Positions 28,359 through 39,853 are shown, counted from the stretch's first letter. The stretch: DNA of 64,000 nucleotides from an uncultured delta proteobacterium (GCA_963771465.1 CAVYTU010000008.1:256001-320000); one strand, 5' to 3'. The notes: generated from the letters alone by a model not told the origin. Numbers and translations: made by a program.

Positions 28359-29444
28359 ATGGCCGAGCCTAAAATCGCCACCGAATCGATCAGTCTAAAA
28401 AGCAGCTCTTACAAACAGTGGGTCAAAGCCGAAGGCATCCCGCTGGTCGAAAGCTTCTTCGTCGAAGATATCGCCACCACGCCGGTCGCACCTTGGCAAC
28501 GGACCGGCGGTTTGGGCGTGCGCCTTTGTTTGGAAGGCACCGGCGAAACCAACGACGCTTATATTTGCGAGATTCCCGCCGGTAAAGCGCTTGAACCCGA
28601 GAAACATATGTACGAAGAGCTGATTTACGTTATCAGCGGCCGCGGTGCGACGACCATCTGGAACGAAGGCGAACCGAAGCGGACATTTGAATGGCAGGAA
28701 GGTTCGCTGTTCTCGCCGCCGCTCAATTCTTGGCATCAACTTTTCAACGGCAACGGCAACCAGCCTGCGCGCTTTCTCGCCGTCACCTCGGCGCCGTGCA
28801 TGATCAATCTAATTCACAACACCGATTTCATATTCAATTGTCCTTACGCCTTCCGCGATCGTTTCAATTCCCAGGAAGACTACTTCGGCAATCCCGGAAC
28901 CTGGTACTCCGGCCGAACCTGGCAAACCAACTTCGTAGCCGACGTGAAGAACTTAAAGCTGCTCGAATGGAAAGAACGCGGCGGCGGCGGCTCGCAAGTG
29001 CGTTTGGAAATATCCGAGAATACTTTATGCGGCCACATCTCGCAGTTCGCCGTCGGCAGTTATAAGAAAGCCCACTTTCACGGCCCCGGCGCGCATGTGA
29101 TCATCCTCGCCGGCAACGGCTACTCGTTGCTCTGGCCGCGCGGCCAAGCGATCAAACGCTTCGATTGGAAACCCGGCAGTCTCGTGGTCCCGCCCGGCGG
29201 CTGGTTTCACCAGCATTTCAACTCCGGCGCCGAGCCCGTGCGCTATCTCGCACTGCGCTGGGGCAGCCAAAAATATCACGAGATGTGGGGCGAAGGCCGC
29301 GGCAAAGCCGACGTCGACGTCAAACTCGGCGGCAAGCAAATCGAATACGAAGACGAAGACCCGCTGGTGCGAAAAATGTTCGACGAAGCGTGCGCCAAGG
29401 CGGGCGTGAAGAATCTGATGGAGAAATATTATCAGGTCAAATAG
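28359..29444 (+). CDS. Bicupin protein (gentisate 1,2-dioxygenase-like fold)
   Basis: Two cupin domains: HMYEE..PLNSWHQLFN and HFHGPG..WFHQHFN. Confidence 0.8.
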   Translation: MAEPKIATESISLKSSSYKQWVKAEGIPLVESFFVEDIATTPVAPWQRTGGLGVRLCLEGTGETNDAYICEIPAGKALEPEKHMYEELIYVISGRGATTIWNEGEPKRTFEWQEGSLFSPPLNSWHQLFNGNGNQPARFLAVTSAPCMINLIHNTDFIFNCPYAFRDRFNSQEDYFGNPGTWYSGRTWQTNFVADVKNLKLLEWKERGGGGSQVRLEISENTLCGHISQFAVGSYKKAHFHGPGAHVIILAGNGYSLLWPRGQAIKRFDWKPGSLVVPPGGWFHQHFNSGAEPVRYLALRWGSQKYHEMWGEGRGKADVDVKLGGKQIEYEDEDPLVRKMFDEACAKAGVKNLMEKYYQVK

Positions 29445-29537
29445 CAATGGCATTGCCGACAAACGGTTCGACATTGACAGTCTAAATTAGCTGCTGGTAG
29501 CGTAACGAAATGCAAAACTGCCATCGGAGGTTTGACA

Positions 29538-30656
29538 ATGGCCGACCTCGCCGAACTCTTTCGCACCGGACCCAACACGCTCGGCGGACGCTACATGCGG
29601 ACATTGTGGCATCCTATTTATATCGCCGCCGAGTTAAAGCCTGGATGGGCGAAACCGATTCAAATCCTCGGCGAGAAGTTTACGCTCTATCGCGGTGAGA
29701 GCGGCGCGCCGCATCTGACTGCGTTTCGCTGTGTCCATCGCGGCCTGCAACTGTCCGTCGGCTGGATCGAAGGCGACTCGATTCGCTGCCGCTTTCACGG
29801 CTGGAAATATGACGGCACAGGACAATGCGTGGAAATTCCCACCGAAGATGAATCGGCGGCAAAAACCGTGCGGCTACGAACCTATGCCGTGCGGGAATAT
29901 TTGGGATTGATCTTCGCTTATGTCGGCGACGGCGAAGCGCCAACATTCCCCCGCTATGCCGATTTTGAATCAGGCGGTGAACTCTGGGTCGAAGCCTACA
30001 CGCGCGCCTGTAATTTCGTCATCAACATGGAAAATGATCCGGTGCATATTCCCTTCGCGCACCGCGAGTCCGAGCTGTTCGCCAATCGACCCGTTGAAAT
30101 TCCGATCAAAGTCGATGCCGAGGAAACCGACTGGGGCATCGACATCCGCTCGACGTTCGCCAACGGCTGGGTGCATACCAATCAACGCGGCTGGCCGAAC
30201 ATGACTTGCTTCAAATCGCCGCGACAACAACACCGCAGCCATCTAACCTGGCGCGTGCCCATCGACGACGACAATCACTGGAGCTTTCAGGTCGACATCA
30301 TGTACGACACCGCCGGCCCGGAGAAAATGAAACAGTACCGCCAGCGCCACGACGCGCGTGGCGGCAAGATCGGCCGCTCATACATTGAATTAGGCGAAGC
30401 GATTTTACGCGGCGAGCTGCGCATTCAAGACATCGACGGCGATGATAAAGCGAATATGATCTGGATCCAAGACTACGTCACACAAGTCGGGCAAGGACCG
30501 TTGTCGGAACGAAAAAGCGAGCGACTGATTAGAGCTGACGTGGGGCTGCTGCTCTACCGCAAACTCTGGGAACGTGAAGTCATGGCACACGCCGAAGGCC
30601 GACCACTAAAAAAGTGGCATCGCTCCGAAGCGGTCATCGACAGCGAAGATGAGTAG
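29538..30656 (+). CDS. Rieske non-heme iron oxygenase alpha subunit (phthalate/vanillate-type)
   Basis: CVH...CRFHGW Rieske centre; DPVHIPFAH and QD mononuclear-iron ligands. Confidence 0.88.
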   Translation: MADLAELFRTGPNTLGGRYMRTLWHPIYIAAELKPGWAKPIQILGEKFTLYRGESGAPHLTAFRCVHRGLQLSVGWIEGDSIRCRFHGWKYDGTGQCVEIPTEDESAAKTVRLRTYAVREYLGLIFAYVGDGEAPTFPRYADFESGGELWVEAYTRACNFVINMENDPVHIPFAHRESELFANRPVEIPIKVDAEETDWGIDIRSTFANGWVHTNQRGWPNMTCFKSPRQQHRSHLTWRVPIDDDNHWSFQVDIMYDTAGPEKMKQYRQRHDARGGKIGRSYIELGEAILRGELRIQDIDGDDKANMIWIQDYVTQVGQGPLSERKSERLIRADVGLLLYRKLWEREVMAHAEGRPLKKWHRSEAVIDSEDE

Positions 30657-30706
30657 AAATTTAGATTCGGAGTTGGCTGGCGCAATGCGAACAAACGACC
30701 GCTTGC

Positions 30707-31303
30707 CTATTTCTTAAATCCGCCGATCAGCGCGCGCTTGGGGTCGTCCCAAAAGCTCTGCACGTTGTCAAAGCCGACCTCTCTGAGCCAGTTTAATTGC
30801 TCGTCGAGCGACGGCCGCATGCGGTCGAAGTTTAGGAAACAGCCGCCCGGCTTGATCAGCGAAAACGCTTCACCATAAATCGACTTGATGGTTTCGTAGG
30901 CGCGCACGTTGTGGATCGCGATTGAGGACACCACGGCTTCGAAAGGACCACCAATTTTTTCGCTCCATCCCGGGTGGCTAAAGTCCGCTTGCACATGGCG
31001 GACTCGACCTTTGAGCCCAGCCATGCGCGCTTCACCGAGCTTGATCATTTCGTCCGAGCCGTCGTGACACACCGCCTTGGCATTGGAAAAATGGCCGAGG
31101 AGAAATTGGCACAGCGCGCCATATCCCGAGCCCAGATCTAACAGCGTGATCGGCGCATCCTTCGCATAGGGAATGACCTGCGTCATCAAACGGAACGGTT
31201 CTTCCCGCTGTGCTTCCTTGGGATCTTGTCCTTCAGCCCAACGATTTACATACTCCGCCGACGACCAATCATGGTGTTCCCATAAGTCTGCTATTTTTGC
31301 CAT
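30707..31303 (-). CDS. Class I SAM-dependent methyltransferase
   Basis: LDLGSGYG, VVSSIAIHN, KPGG.FLN.D. Confidence 0.88.
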   Translation of the reverse strand: MAKIADLWEHHDWSSAEYVNRWAEGQDPKEAQREEPFRLMTQVIPYAKDAPITLLDLGSGYGALCQFLLGHFSNAKAVCHDGSDEMIKLGEARMAGLKGRVRHVQADFSHPGWSEKIGGPFEAVVSSIAIHNVRAYETIKSIYGEAFSLIKPGGCFLNFDRMRPSLDEQLNWLREVGFDNVQSFWDDPKRALIGGFKK

Positions 31304-31438
31304 GGGTAAAAACTATCCGAAATCGCGCCTCAAAGTCAACGGCAAACTGCCTCGCCAAGTTATTGCAAAGCCATCGACTCATCGGATAACAATCTGACAG
31401 ACGTAATTCTCTTCAGCCATGAATAGTCGGAGGAACAA

Positions 31439-32223
31439 ATGAAATTGAAAGACCAAGTCGCACTGATCATCGGCGGCGCCCGCGGCATTGGTGAGACCAT
31501 TGCGCACACTTTTTCTAACGAAGGCGCCAGCATCGCGCTCGTCGATTTGGCAAAGATGAAGGCTGAGCTTAACGGGGTCGTTCAAGCTGTCAATCAAAAA
31601 GGTGGCAAAGCCTGCGCCATCACCGCCGATTGCAGCGACGACCGACAGGTGAACCACTTGGTTGACGAAACCGTGCGCCGTTTCGGCAAGATCGATGTCT
31701 TAATCAACAGCGCCGGCTTCCGCGGCCCGCTCGTGCCGTGACCGAAATCAGCGAAAAAGAATTTGACGACGTGATCTTGTACAACCTCAAGCTAGTGTTT
31801 CTTTGCTGCCGCGCGGTGTTGAAGCAAATGGTCAAACAGAAGAGCGGCAGCATCGTCAGTATCTCCGGCACCGCCGGCAGAGAAGGCATGGCCATGCGCG
31901 GTTCCCTCTGCGCCGCCAAGTGGGGTGTGGTCGGCTTGACCCAAACCATCGCCAAAGAATACGGTCCTCATGGCATCAGAGCCAACATCATCTGCCCCGG
32001 CGGCATGGACGAACCCGATCTGCGCGAGATGTACGCCGAGCGCGCCAAAAACTTGGGCATGACCTTCAAAGAATTAGAGAATCAAATCCTCGCCCTCACG
32101 CCGCTGCGCAAGTACGCAAAACACGAGGAAGTCGCCAACGCCGCGCTATTCCTCGCTTCGAGCGACTCATCGCACACCACCGGTGAATCGCTGAATGTTT
32201 CGGGCGGACGGTTGATGAGCTAA
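31439..32223 (+). CDS. SDR family oxidoreductase, split by a single frameshift near 31737 (error or pseudogene)
   Basis: GGARGIG and INSAG in the first ORF continue as VTEIS..LCAAKWG..TTGESLNVSGG in the second. Confidence 0.85.
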
Positions 32224-32258
32224 AAGCAACGTCTAAGATTTCAACGAACGGACCGACT

Positions 32259-32286
32259 TGTCATCCGGAGCGCCAGCGAAGGATCT
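32259..32286 (+). repeat. REP-like palindromic element half (TGTCATCCGGAGCGCCAGCGAAGGATCT)
   Basis: Resembles the GTCATCCTGAGCGNAGCGAAGGATCT intergenic repeat type; single copy here, recalled from memory. Confidence 0.35.
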
Positions 32287-32363
32287 GCTTTGTTGCGCCA
32301 CAAATCGTAAAATACAATCTTTGCCAATGGTTCAGTTTGTCTATCGACTGATTGTTTTTCGAT

Positions 32364-33578
32364 TTAAGTCGCGGACGATCTTGCGAATTGGGCCGGCGTC
32401 ACGCTGATCATTCCTAATTTGGCTTCCCGAAACAGCGCCAATCCCGACGCCAACAAGATCAAACTCATCACCAGCATAAACCCGTCGTAGCTGCCGGTGC
32501 GATCGAAAACCAGACTCGCGATCATCGGGCCGCCGGCGGAGCCGATTTGGTGGACGATGAAACTCATGCCGAGAATGACGCCGGCCATGCGCGGTCCGAC
32601 CAGTTCGTAGAATAAGACGTTCCCCACCGCGACGGTGCCGAAGGTCGGACCGATGGCGAGACCGACCACCGCCAAGTAAGCCCACTCATTGCTGATGTGG
32701 AGGGACATCAGTAACGTCCCAACACCGCGCGTCAGATAGCTGGCGCCGAGCATGCGCGCGCGCCCGTAGCGATCTGAGAGCGAGCCGAAAAGCAACGCTG
32801 AGATCACCGCAGCGCCGCCAAAAACGCTGACCGCTTTAGCTCCGGTCGCGGCGTCGAAGCCTTTACTCATGGTCAGCGCCACCAGATGGGCGATTTGAAA
32901 AAACGCCACGCCGCAGGAAAACCGCACGGCAAAAAGCAACAGCATCGAACGATTGCGCAGGTACGGCAGACACGCGCTCCACGCCATGCGCGTGTTCCGG
33001 CTCGCCTGTGAGCCGGCGGGATCGCGCGCGCCGAACCAAGCCAATGGCAAGGCGACAAAGAATAATACCGCGCTGGCAGCGAGCGCCGCCGTGCGCCAAT
33101 CGTAAGAACGAATCAAGAAATAAATCACCGGCGCGAATAAGAGCGGACTCATCGGCGGTGCGGTCTGAATCACCGCCACGGCGAGCCCGCGATTCGTCGC
33201 GAAATGCTTCGACACGAGCAATGACATGATCGCTAAACTGCACGCGCCCATCGCCAAACCGACCAGCACGCCGTAAGTCAGCGACAGTTGCCAAAGATTT
33301 TGCGACAAGCCCATACCGGCGAAACCCGCAGACATAAGCAAGATACCGATCAACACCACCGGCCGCGAGCCGCGATCGTCGGCCAACTTACCGAACATAA
33401 TCGCTCCCGCGCCCCAGCCCAACATCGCGATAACGTAGGGCAGCGTCGCCAGCGAGCGCGACAATCCGAACTCCTTTTCAATCGGCGGCAGGAACAAACT
33501 GAACGTGCTCATACCGATCGATGTCATTGTCGCTACGGCAGTGCAGAGCAGCAAGATCGGCGTGCGCGAAAGATTCAT
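32364..33578 (-). CDS. MFS transporter (OFA/MCT-like)
   Basis: GKLADDRGSR and GSLSDRYGR motif A; many hydrophobic segments. Confidence 0.9.
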   Translation of the reverse strand: MNLSRTPILLLCTAVATMTSIGMSTFSLFLPPIEKEFGLSRSLATLPYVIAMLGWGAGAIMFGKLADDRGSRPVVLIGILLMSAGFAGMGLSQNLWQLSLTYGVLVGLAMGACSLAIMSLLVSKHFATNRGLAVAVIQTAPPMSPLLFAPVIYFLIRSYDWRTAALAASAVLFFVALPLAWFGARDPAGSQASRNTRMAWSACLPYLRNRSMLLLFAVRFSCGVAFFQIAHLVALTMSKGFDAATGAKAVSVFGGAAVISALLFGSLSDRYGRARMLGASYLTRGVGTLLMSLHISNEWAYLAVVGLAIGPTFGTVAVGNVLFYELVGPRMAGVILGMSFIVHQIGSAGGPMIASLVFDRTGSYDGFMLVMSLILLASGLALFREAKLGMISVTPAQFARSSAT

Positions 33579-33792
33579 GCGACCGACTATGCCAGCGCCG
33601 CGGCTAGCGATCAACGCGATTACTCTGGGGAAACCAAATATTATCGCCCGTCGGTTCACGGCTGCTAAGTGATTCGCCAATTTGCATTGGCTTCTTAATG
33701 TCTGTTAACAGTGGCGCTAACATCGCCAATCGCGAGCGATTTTTCTCACCGTTTTAGTTTGCCGGCGCTGCTTTTGATTCGGAGGAAGAATC

Positions 33793-34845
33793 ATGATTCG
33801 AACTTCCGTTACGTTCCTGGTCGGTGCAGTTATCCTTCTGCCGTTCCAACCTTCACTGGGGTTCTGCCAGGCGTCTTTTTATCAAGGCAAGACGATTACC
33901 GTAGTCCAAATCGTTGGCGCGGGCGGTACCGGCGATGTGCGCCGCAGGGCGCTTTTTCCATTCTTACAGAAGTATATCCCGGGAAACCCGACGATCATTT
34001 CCGATTACATGCCAGGAGGCGGCGGCCGCAAAGCGGCAAATCATATTTACCGTGTCGCCAAACCGGACGGTTTGACCATCGGCGGTATGTCGGCGTCGTT
34101 GGTAACGAATGCAATTCTGGATACTGGCGGCGTGCAATACGACCTCGACAAATTCATTTATCTCGGATCGCCCGTCAGCATCTTTCATTATATTCTGCTT
34201 ACCTGGAAGGACGCGGGTTTGAGCAGCATGGACAAATTTCGCGCCGCGTCGGGCGTACGCATCGGCGGCCAGGAAGTCGGCCATGACGTTTATATCAGCG
34301 CGCGGGTGTTCGCTTACCTCGTGGGTCTAAAAGAACCTAAATTTGTCCTGGGTTACGGCGGCCCTGAGATGGACATCGCGTTAGAACGCGGCGAGATCGA
34401 CGCTCGCGCTGCGTCATCGGAAACTTTGACCACTCGCAACGCCAGTTGGGTCGAAAAAAAACAGGTAGACTTGCACGCCATCGTCGAGGTGCCGAAAGGT
34501 AATAGACCTGCCGCTTTTGCGCGCCTGCCCGAGCTGGAAGAATTTGCCGTTTCAGACCGTGAGCGCAAGCTCGTCACCATGTACCGAACTTTTCGCTTGG
34601 TCGGGACGCCCTATATTTTCCCTCCGGGGACGCCTAAGGAACAAGTACAAATTATTCGAGACGCGATGAGAAAAGCTTACCAGGACCCGGAGTTCCACAA
34701 ACAATTCAAAAAACTCTCGGGTTTCGATGCGTCACCGATCATGCCGGAAGAAATGGAGAAAGCGATTCGCGAACTGCCGCGTGATCGAGAGACCGTAGAA
34801 TTATTTAAAAAGCTTGCCGGCGGCGACCCGATGCCTCCGCGCTAA
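33793..34845 (+). CDS. Tripartite tricarboxylate transporter substrate-binding protein (Bug/TctC-like)
   Basis: FYQGKTIT, IPGNPT..MPGGGG..AAN..KPDGLTIG, ALERGEID, PPGTP. Confidence 0.88.
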   Translation: MIRTSVTFLVGAVILLPFQPSLGFCQASFYQGKTITVVQIVGAGGTGDVRRRALFPFLQKYIPGNPTIISDYMPGGGGRKAANHIYRVAKPDGLTIGGMSASLVTNAILDTGGVQYDLDKFIYLGSPVSIFHYILLTWKDAGLSSMDKFRAASGVRIGGQEVGHDVYISARVFAYLVGLKEPKFVLGYGGPEMDIALERGEIDARAASSETLTTRNASWVEKKQVDLHAIVEVPKGNRPAAFARLPELEEFAVSDRERKLVTMYRTFRLVGTPYIFPPGTPKEQVQIIRDAMRKAYQDPEFHKQFKKLSGFDASPIMPEEMEKAIRELPRDRETVELFKKLAGGDPMPPR

Positions 34846-34980
34846 ACCGGGCTGAAAGACACCGACAAGATTCACCTGAAGAGCAGCAGGTAATAAAAAC
34901 ACGGCCAGCCTGCGAGTAATCGCACCCTGACTCGCGGTGTCAATTTTTCACCGACGTAGTCCGCAATAAATTTTCCAACT

Positions 34981-35964
34981 CTAAAGGTATCCGCGCCCGA
35001 GCCAGAACCGCTCCGCTGCCGGATGGAGCGGAATGACCAGCGGACCGTCCGCCGTGTCGCGGCACATGGTTGCCAACGGCAGCGGCCCCGGTTCTTGCCA
35101 GCCGATTCGATCCTTTCGCGCTTCGAGCGCTGCGCAGATCGACGTCACAATGGCATCGGGAACGGCAGCGTGGGTGTAAACCGCGAAGCCACTGAAATCC
35201 AAAGTCGGCAAATCGGCGCCTAGTTTCGGGTAGCGCGCCTTGGGCATTATTGCGCGGCGCAGACCGAGCGCTTCGAGCTTGGTCAGCATGCCCTCATCGA
35301 GCGGCAGAATGCGCATGCCTGCATCCAGCGCCGCATTGGCCCAGCCGCGCACAGCTTCGTCGACGATCATGTCGATCTCACCGCGTTGCATCGCACCGAA
35401 GCGGTTGCTCTTCATCGGCAAGCCATCGTCGTAGCGCACCTCGCCGCCCCAAGAAACGATATCGTCGAGCGAAAAGCCCGCTGCCGCCAACACGGCGTTG
35501 ACGACGGGATGAAGCGCATGGTCGCGCTGACCGCGTAGCGAGATGCGCAACGGCACGCGGCGCTCGCGAATCTCGTGCAACGATTGCAGGCCGCTCTTTT
35601 CAGTCACGGCGAACGCCAGCTGGTCCGGAGACGGGATGATTGTGATGGCGCGCAACGGAATGGGAATTTTGTATGGCCCGGTGCCGCGCACCGCTAGCGC
35701 GAGATACATCGCCGGATTGCTGATCGCCAGCTGCATCTCGCCACGTGCGACTAGATCGATCGCCGCCGGCCCATCGCTGGCGATCATGTTCACCGCCCAC
35801 TGCTCCGCGCCCTGCACGCGCAAGCTCACCCGTGCCTGGCGGTTGGGCCAATCCGGTTGATCGACCATTTCCGACGCGACTTCGAGGACCAGACGGGATC
35901 GGATGGTGTCGCGTCCAACCGGGCGGGCGGCCGTCTCAATAGGTTTCTTGCTATCCATTGGCAA
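34981..35964 (-). CDS. TAXI family TRAP substrate-binding-like protein
   Basis: G.GPY..P.PLRAI, PLHPAAERFW; no signal peptide evident. Confidence 0.7.
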   Translation of the reverse strand: MPMDSKKPIETAARPVGRDTIRSRLVLEVASEMVDQPDWPNRQARVSLRVQGAEQWAVNMIASDGPAAIDLVARGEMQLAISNPAMYLALAVRGTGPYKIPIPLRAITIIPSPDQLAFAVTEKSGLQSLHEIRERRVPLRISLRGQRDHALHPVVNAVLAAAGFSLDDIVSWGGEVRYDDGLPMKSNRFGAMQRGEIDMIVDEAVRGWANAALDAGMRILPLDEGMLTKLEALGLRRAIMPKARYPKLGADLPTLDFSGFAVYTHAAVPDAIVTSICAALEARKDRIGWQEPGPLPLATMCRDTADGPLVIPLHPAAERFWLGRGYL

Positions 35965-35983
35965 AAATCACAATCTTCAGAAT

Positions 35984-37080
35984 TTAGTTAAACGTCAAAA
36001 TCCCACGACCCAAAATCCGTCCGTGTTCCAAGTCATCGACGGCCTCGTTGATTTGCTCGAGCTTGTAACGATTGGTGATCAACTCAGTGCAACTTCAATT
36101 TGTCTTGCGCGCAGCCAGCGCAGGAAAATTGGAAAATCGCGGTCCGGCTTGCAGTCGCCGCCGCTGGTGCGCGCGAAGGAACGATTGCCGATAAACAAAC
36201 TCGTATCCAAGAGCGCTTTGGTATCGGGCGGCGTAATGCCGACCAGCAATGCCTTGCCGCCCGGGTTGAAACCCGAGTATCCCGGCCGCACGGCGCGCAG
36301 AATCTGCTCCTGGGTCAACGGCAATCCGATCGCATCGATTGCGAAGTCAGCGCCGCCGCCGGTGAGCTCTTTGATCGCTTGCACGGCGTCGAGATTTTGC
36401 GCGTTGATCCCATGAGTCGCGCCGAATCGACGGGCGAATTCGAGTTTGCGGTCATTCACGTCGACCGCAATCACCGGATAGGCGTCGACGATCGCGGCGG
36501 CGGAGATCGCGCACAGGCCAATCCCGCCGGCGCCGAAAACGGCGACCGATTGACCCGGCCTTACTTTCAATGTGTTGATGATCGCGCCGGCGCCGGTCAT
36601 CACCGCGCAGCCGACAATCGATGTCACATCCGTCGGCAGATCTTTCGGCAGCGGCACGACGACGCGCTCCTGTGCGACAGCGTACTCAGCCCAGGTGGCG
36701 GCCGAGTGCATCACTTGCTTGCCTTTCCAGTTGGCCCAGTATTGGGCGCGATCGTTGAGCGCATGCAGTACCATCGGTTGGTTAGTTTTCGCGCTGTCTC
36801 GGTCGACCCAAGTCGTGATAACGTGATCGCCTTCCTTCACATGAGTGACGTCGCGTCCCTTAGCGGCGACAACGCCGGTGGACTCATGGCCTAAGAGCGC
36901 CGGCAAACTTTGTCCTTGGCGCGCCGGTCGCTGCATCGTGTGCAACTGCGAGTGACAGACGCCGCTGGAAAACAATTTCACCAACACTTGATCCGGCCCT
37001 GGATCGGCGAACTCGACTTCATCGACGATTAGCGGTCTCTTGGGCTCGACATAAATCGCCGCGCGGCCTGTCACGCTCAT
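35984..37080 (-). CDS. Zinc-binding alcohol dehydrogenase, frameshifted near the 3' end
   Basis: GVCHS, LGHE, GAGGIG; the C-terminus ELITNRYKLEQINEAVDDLEHGRILGRGILTFN* lies in another frame ending at 35984. Confidence 0.88.
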
Positions 37081-37271
37081 GCTCCCTCCGCATGATTGCT
37101 GAAATCATTTGGGATAAATCCAGCGAAACTCCCAAGACCCGAAAGTCTTATCACTCCGAGATGTTTTTCTAAAGCGGATCAGCGCGATTGTTGAATGACA
37201 AATTGCCCAGTCGTCGCGTCGGCAGGCGAGTGAGTCGAAGGCAACGAAGCATTTTTATTGGTGATCAGCAT

Positions 37272-37577
37272 TCAGCGCAACTCGTTGGCCTCGATCGCAG
37301 CCAGCGCCAGCTTTAGTTCTGTTAATTCCGATTTGAGTTTTTGCTGATCGGATACTAGCTTGACGTGCTCTTTACGAAGTTGACTAATTTCTTCCAACAC
37401 GATGATCAGTTTAGACTTGAGCCGATTGATCTCCACCTCCGGCCCTACCGTTCGATCGTCTAACTGGATGACACCGCGAAGCGAGTCATCCCGCGCCATT
37501 GCAGCGGACTCGGAAGCGTCCTGCTGTTGTTGACGCCCGCTATGCGAATCACTGTCGTTTGGACTTTTGTTCGCCAT
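37272..37577 (-). CDS. Hypothetical coiled-coil protein
   Basis: GGGGAGG RBS; heptad-like C-terminus. Confidence 0.55.
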   Translation of the reverse strand: MANKSPNDSDSHSGRQQQQDASESAAMARDDSLRGVIQLDDRTVGPEVEINRLKSKLIIVLEEISQLRKEHVKLVSDQQKLKSELTELKLALAAIEANELR

Positions 37578-38061
37578 CACAATGCCACCTCCCCTCTTTG
37601 CATCTCATATGAGCAAGGGTGAGGCCAGCTCCAGTGCCGAAAGTCGCAACCGAATCCTGCGCAACATCGTGATCAATTTGGCAGATGCTAGAACAACGCC
37701 GGTCGATCAAACTCAAGCATGGTCTAAACTCGATCGCCGCGAATACAATTTGTTCACCGTTCCAAAAGTGTACAGCCCATTGAGAGCAGTGATTTATCCC
37801 GAAGATCAGCGGCATCCGAGTGAAATTTTGATGCTGAAATAACTCGCACACAATCGAAGCGAGACGCCTATGCCAATGCTGCGCCTCGACTGCACGGACC
37901 CGCGCAGTCTGCCGACCAACTAACCAATGATCTCAGCCGCCTGTGCGGATTTTTGCCTTGACGTTAAGAAGAGCTTCGCGGTAATTTCACGCCAAGTTGT
38001 CGATGCGCCAATTTGCGCTGAAAGATTTAACTCGATTAGATCACTGAACAGGAGGGTTGCC

Positions 38062-39744
38062 ATGAGACAAGCTATTTCGTTACGGACGATGTTTGTTGTT
38101 GGCGTTATTCTCGCGGTCTTTTGCGCGCAACCGATTCACGCGCAAGACCGCGCCGGCACGTTGCAAGGAGTTGTCAAAGACGGCAAAGGCGCGACAGTGG
38201 CCGGCGCATTCGTGAAAATGCATAACGCTGACCGCCGACTCACCTTCATGGTCATCAGCCAAGAGCAAGGCCGCTACTCGGTCAATACGCTGCCGCGCGG
38301 CAAATACACCGTCCAGGCGATTGGCGGCGAGTTTCAAAGCGAGCCTTCGGCGCCGGCCGATGTGACGCCCGACACACCTGCCGCCGTGGACCTAGCACTG
38401 ACCGTTACGCGCGCGCCGCAGCTTGCGCCGGCGTGGCCTGGACGATTGCCCGGCGAACGAGGCGGCGAAGCGGATGAAGCGAGGCATGGACCGCCGCCGC
38501 TTCCCGAGGGCGAAGGCGGCGAGATCATTAAAGCGAAGTGTGTCTCCTGCCACGACGCTCAACGCGTGATTCGAGTGCGCGCCGACCGCAATCGCTGGAG
38601 TCAGATCATTCAAAACATGCGCGCTTACTCCCAAGGTTCGACACTTGCCAAAGATCTTACCGATCGCGAAGCTCAGCTGCTGCTCGACTACATGGGCACA
38701 AACTATGGGCCGAGCGCGCGCGCTGCGGCGCGGCCCAAACCCGATCCCAACAGCCGCTTACCCAGAGTCCTGATGACCGGTGATGCGATGAAATATATGG
38801 CTGTTGAGTACGAGTTGCCCAACAACCGCGCTGAACCGCACGAAGTCACCGTCGACGGCGACGGCAACGGCTGGGTCACGCAGCGCGTCGGCGGCAAGAT
38901 TGGCCGCCTCGACGGTAAAGCGCTGACCTACAGCGAATACGTTCCACCGCCCGGCCCTTCGCCGATGAACCGGCTTAACGCCATCAACCGCGGCGCCGAC
39001 AACAAACTTTGGTTTGTCGACGGCGGCCCCAATCGGCGCTGGTTGAACATCGATCCGAAGTCTCAGGAATTTGCCGTGTTCGAGTTGCCCAAGCTCAAGA
39101 ATGGTTCGGCCAGCGGCAATACCATGCGCGTCCATCCCAACGGCACGGTGTGGCTCAACTCGATCGCTGCGAACCAGGTCATTCGCTTGGATCCAAAAAC
39201 TCGCGCCTTTACTGTTTATGATGTTCCCGCCGGCGTAAAGCGCGGCCGCACGGCCAATCCGTACGGCATGGCATTTTCCGGCGACGGCAAAGTCTGGTTT
39301 ATCGAAAACGCCGTCAGTCAGATGGGACGGCTCGATCCCGCCACCGGCAAGATCGACGAGTTCCCGATCCCAGTGAAAGACCCGGTCGCACGTAAAGGCG
39401 GCATGGATTCCGCCGGCAACATCTGGGTCGGTCTCCATGGTGCTGGCAAGCTGATGAAAATCGATTACAAGACCACCGAGATGAACGTCTTCACACCGCC
39501 GACGGAAGACTCCGGTCCGTATTCCGTTCAGGGCGATACCAAGAGTCATCTAGTCTGGTTTAGCCAGCAACATGTCGATCAAATGGCGCGTTTCGATCCC
39601 AAGACGGAAACTTTCACAGAATATCCGCTGCCCAGCGCCGAGTCCGATCCGCGCCGCATCGAGGTCGATCCGAGCAATTCAAATCGCATTTGGTGGACCG
39701 GTAATTTGGCCGGCAGAATGGGTTACGTCGAATTGATCAAGTAA
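38062..39744 (+). CDS. Exported protein: carboxypeptidase-regulatory-like domain + monoheme cytochrome c + Vgb-like beta-propeller
   Basis: Signal peptide, GVVKDGKG..VAGA.V, CVSCH, repeated D.DGN.W..../PYG....G.VWF blades. Confidence 0.85.
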   Translation: MRQAISLRTMFVVGVILAVFCAQPIHAQDRAGTLQGVVKDGKGATVAGAFVKMHNADRRLTFMVISQEQGRYSVNTLPRGKYTVQAIGGEFQSEPSAPADVTPDTPAAVDLALTVTRAPQLAPAWPGRLPGERGGEADEARHGPPPLPEGEGGEIIKAKCVSCHDAQRVIRVRADRNRWSQIIQNMRAYSQGSTLAKDLTDREAQLLLDYMGTNYGPSARAAARPKPDPNSRLPRVLMTGDAMKYMAVEYELPNNRAEPHEVTVDGDGNGWVTQRVGGKIGRLDGKALTYSEYVPPPGPSPMNRLNAINRGADNKLWFVDGGPNRRWLNIDPKSQEFAVFELPKLKNGSASGNTMRVHPNGTVWLNSIAANQVIRLDPKTRAFTVYDVPAGVKRGRTANPYGMAFSGDGKVWFIENAVSQMGRLDPATGKIDEFPIPVKDPVARKGGMDSAGNIWVGLHGAGKLMKIDYKTTEMNVFTPPTEDSGPYSVQGDTKSHLVWFSQQHVDQMARFDPKTETFTEYPLPSAESDPRRIEVDPSNSNRIWWTGNLAGRMGYVELIK

Positions 39745-39853
39745 ACACAGGAATTGCGGCGGGCTGCCAGAAGCTAGCGTGAATTGGTTTCCGGTATCCT
39801 GCCGATTCATTCGTGCCAATCAAGTATAGAGAAGCGTCGCAATTCGAACCTCC

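Noticed and set aside
37567-37842. Plus-strand 91-aa ORF
   Set aside because: No RBS or motif, and it overlaps the start of a better-supported divergent ORF; cannot be supported without homology data.
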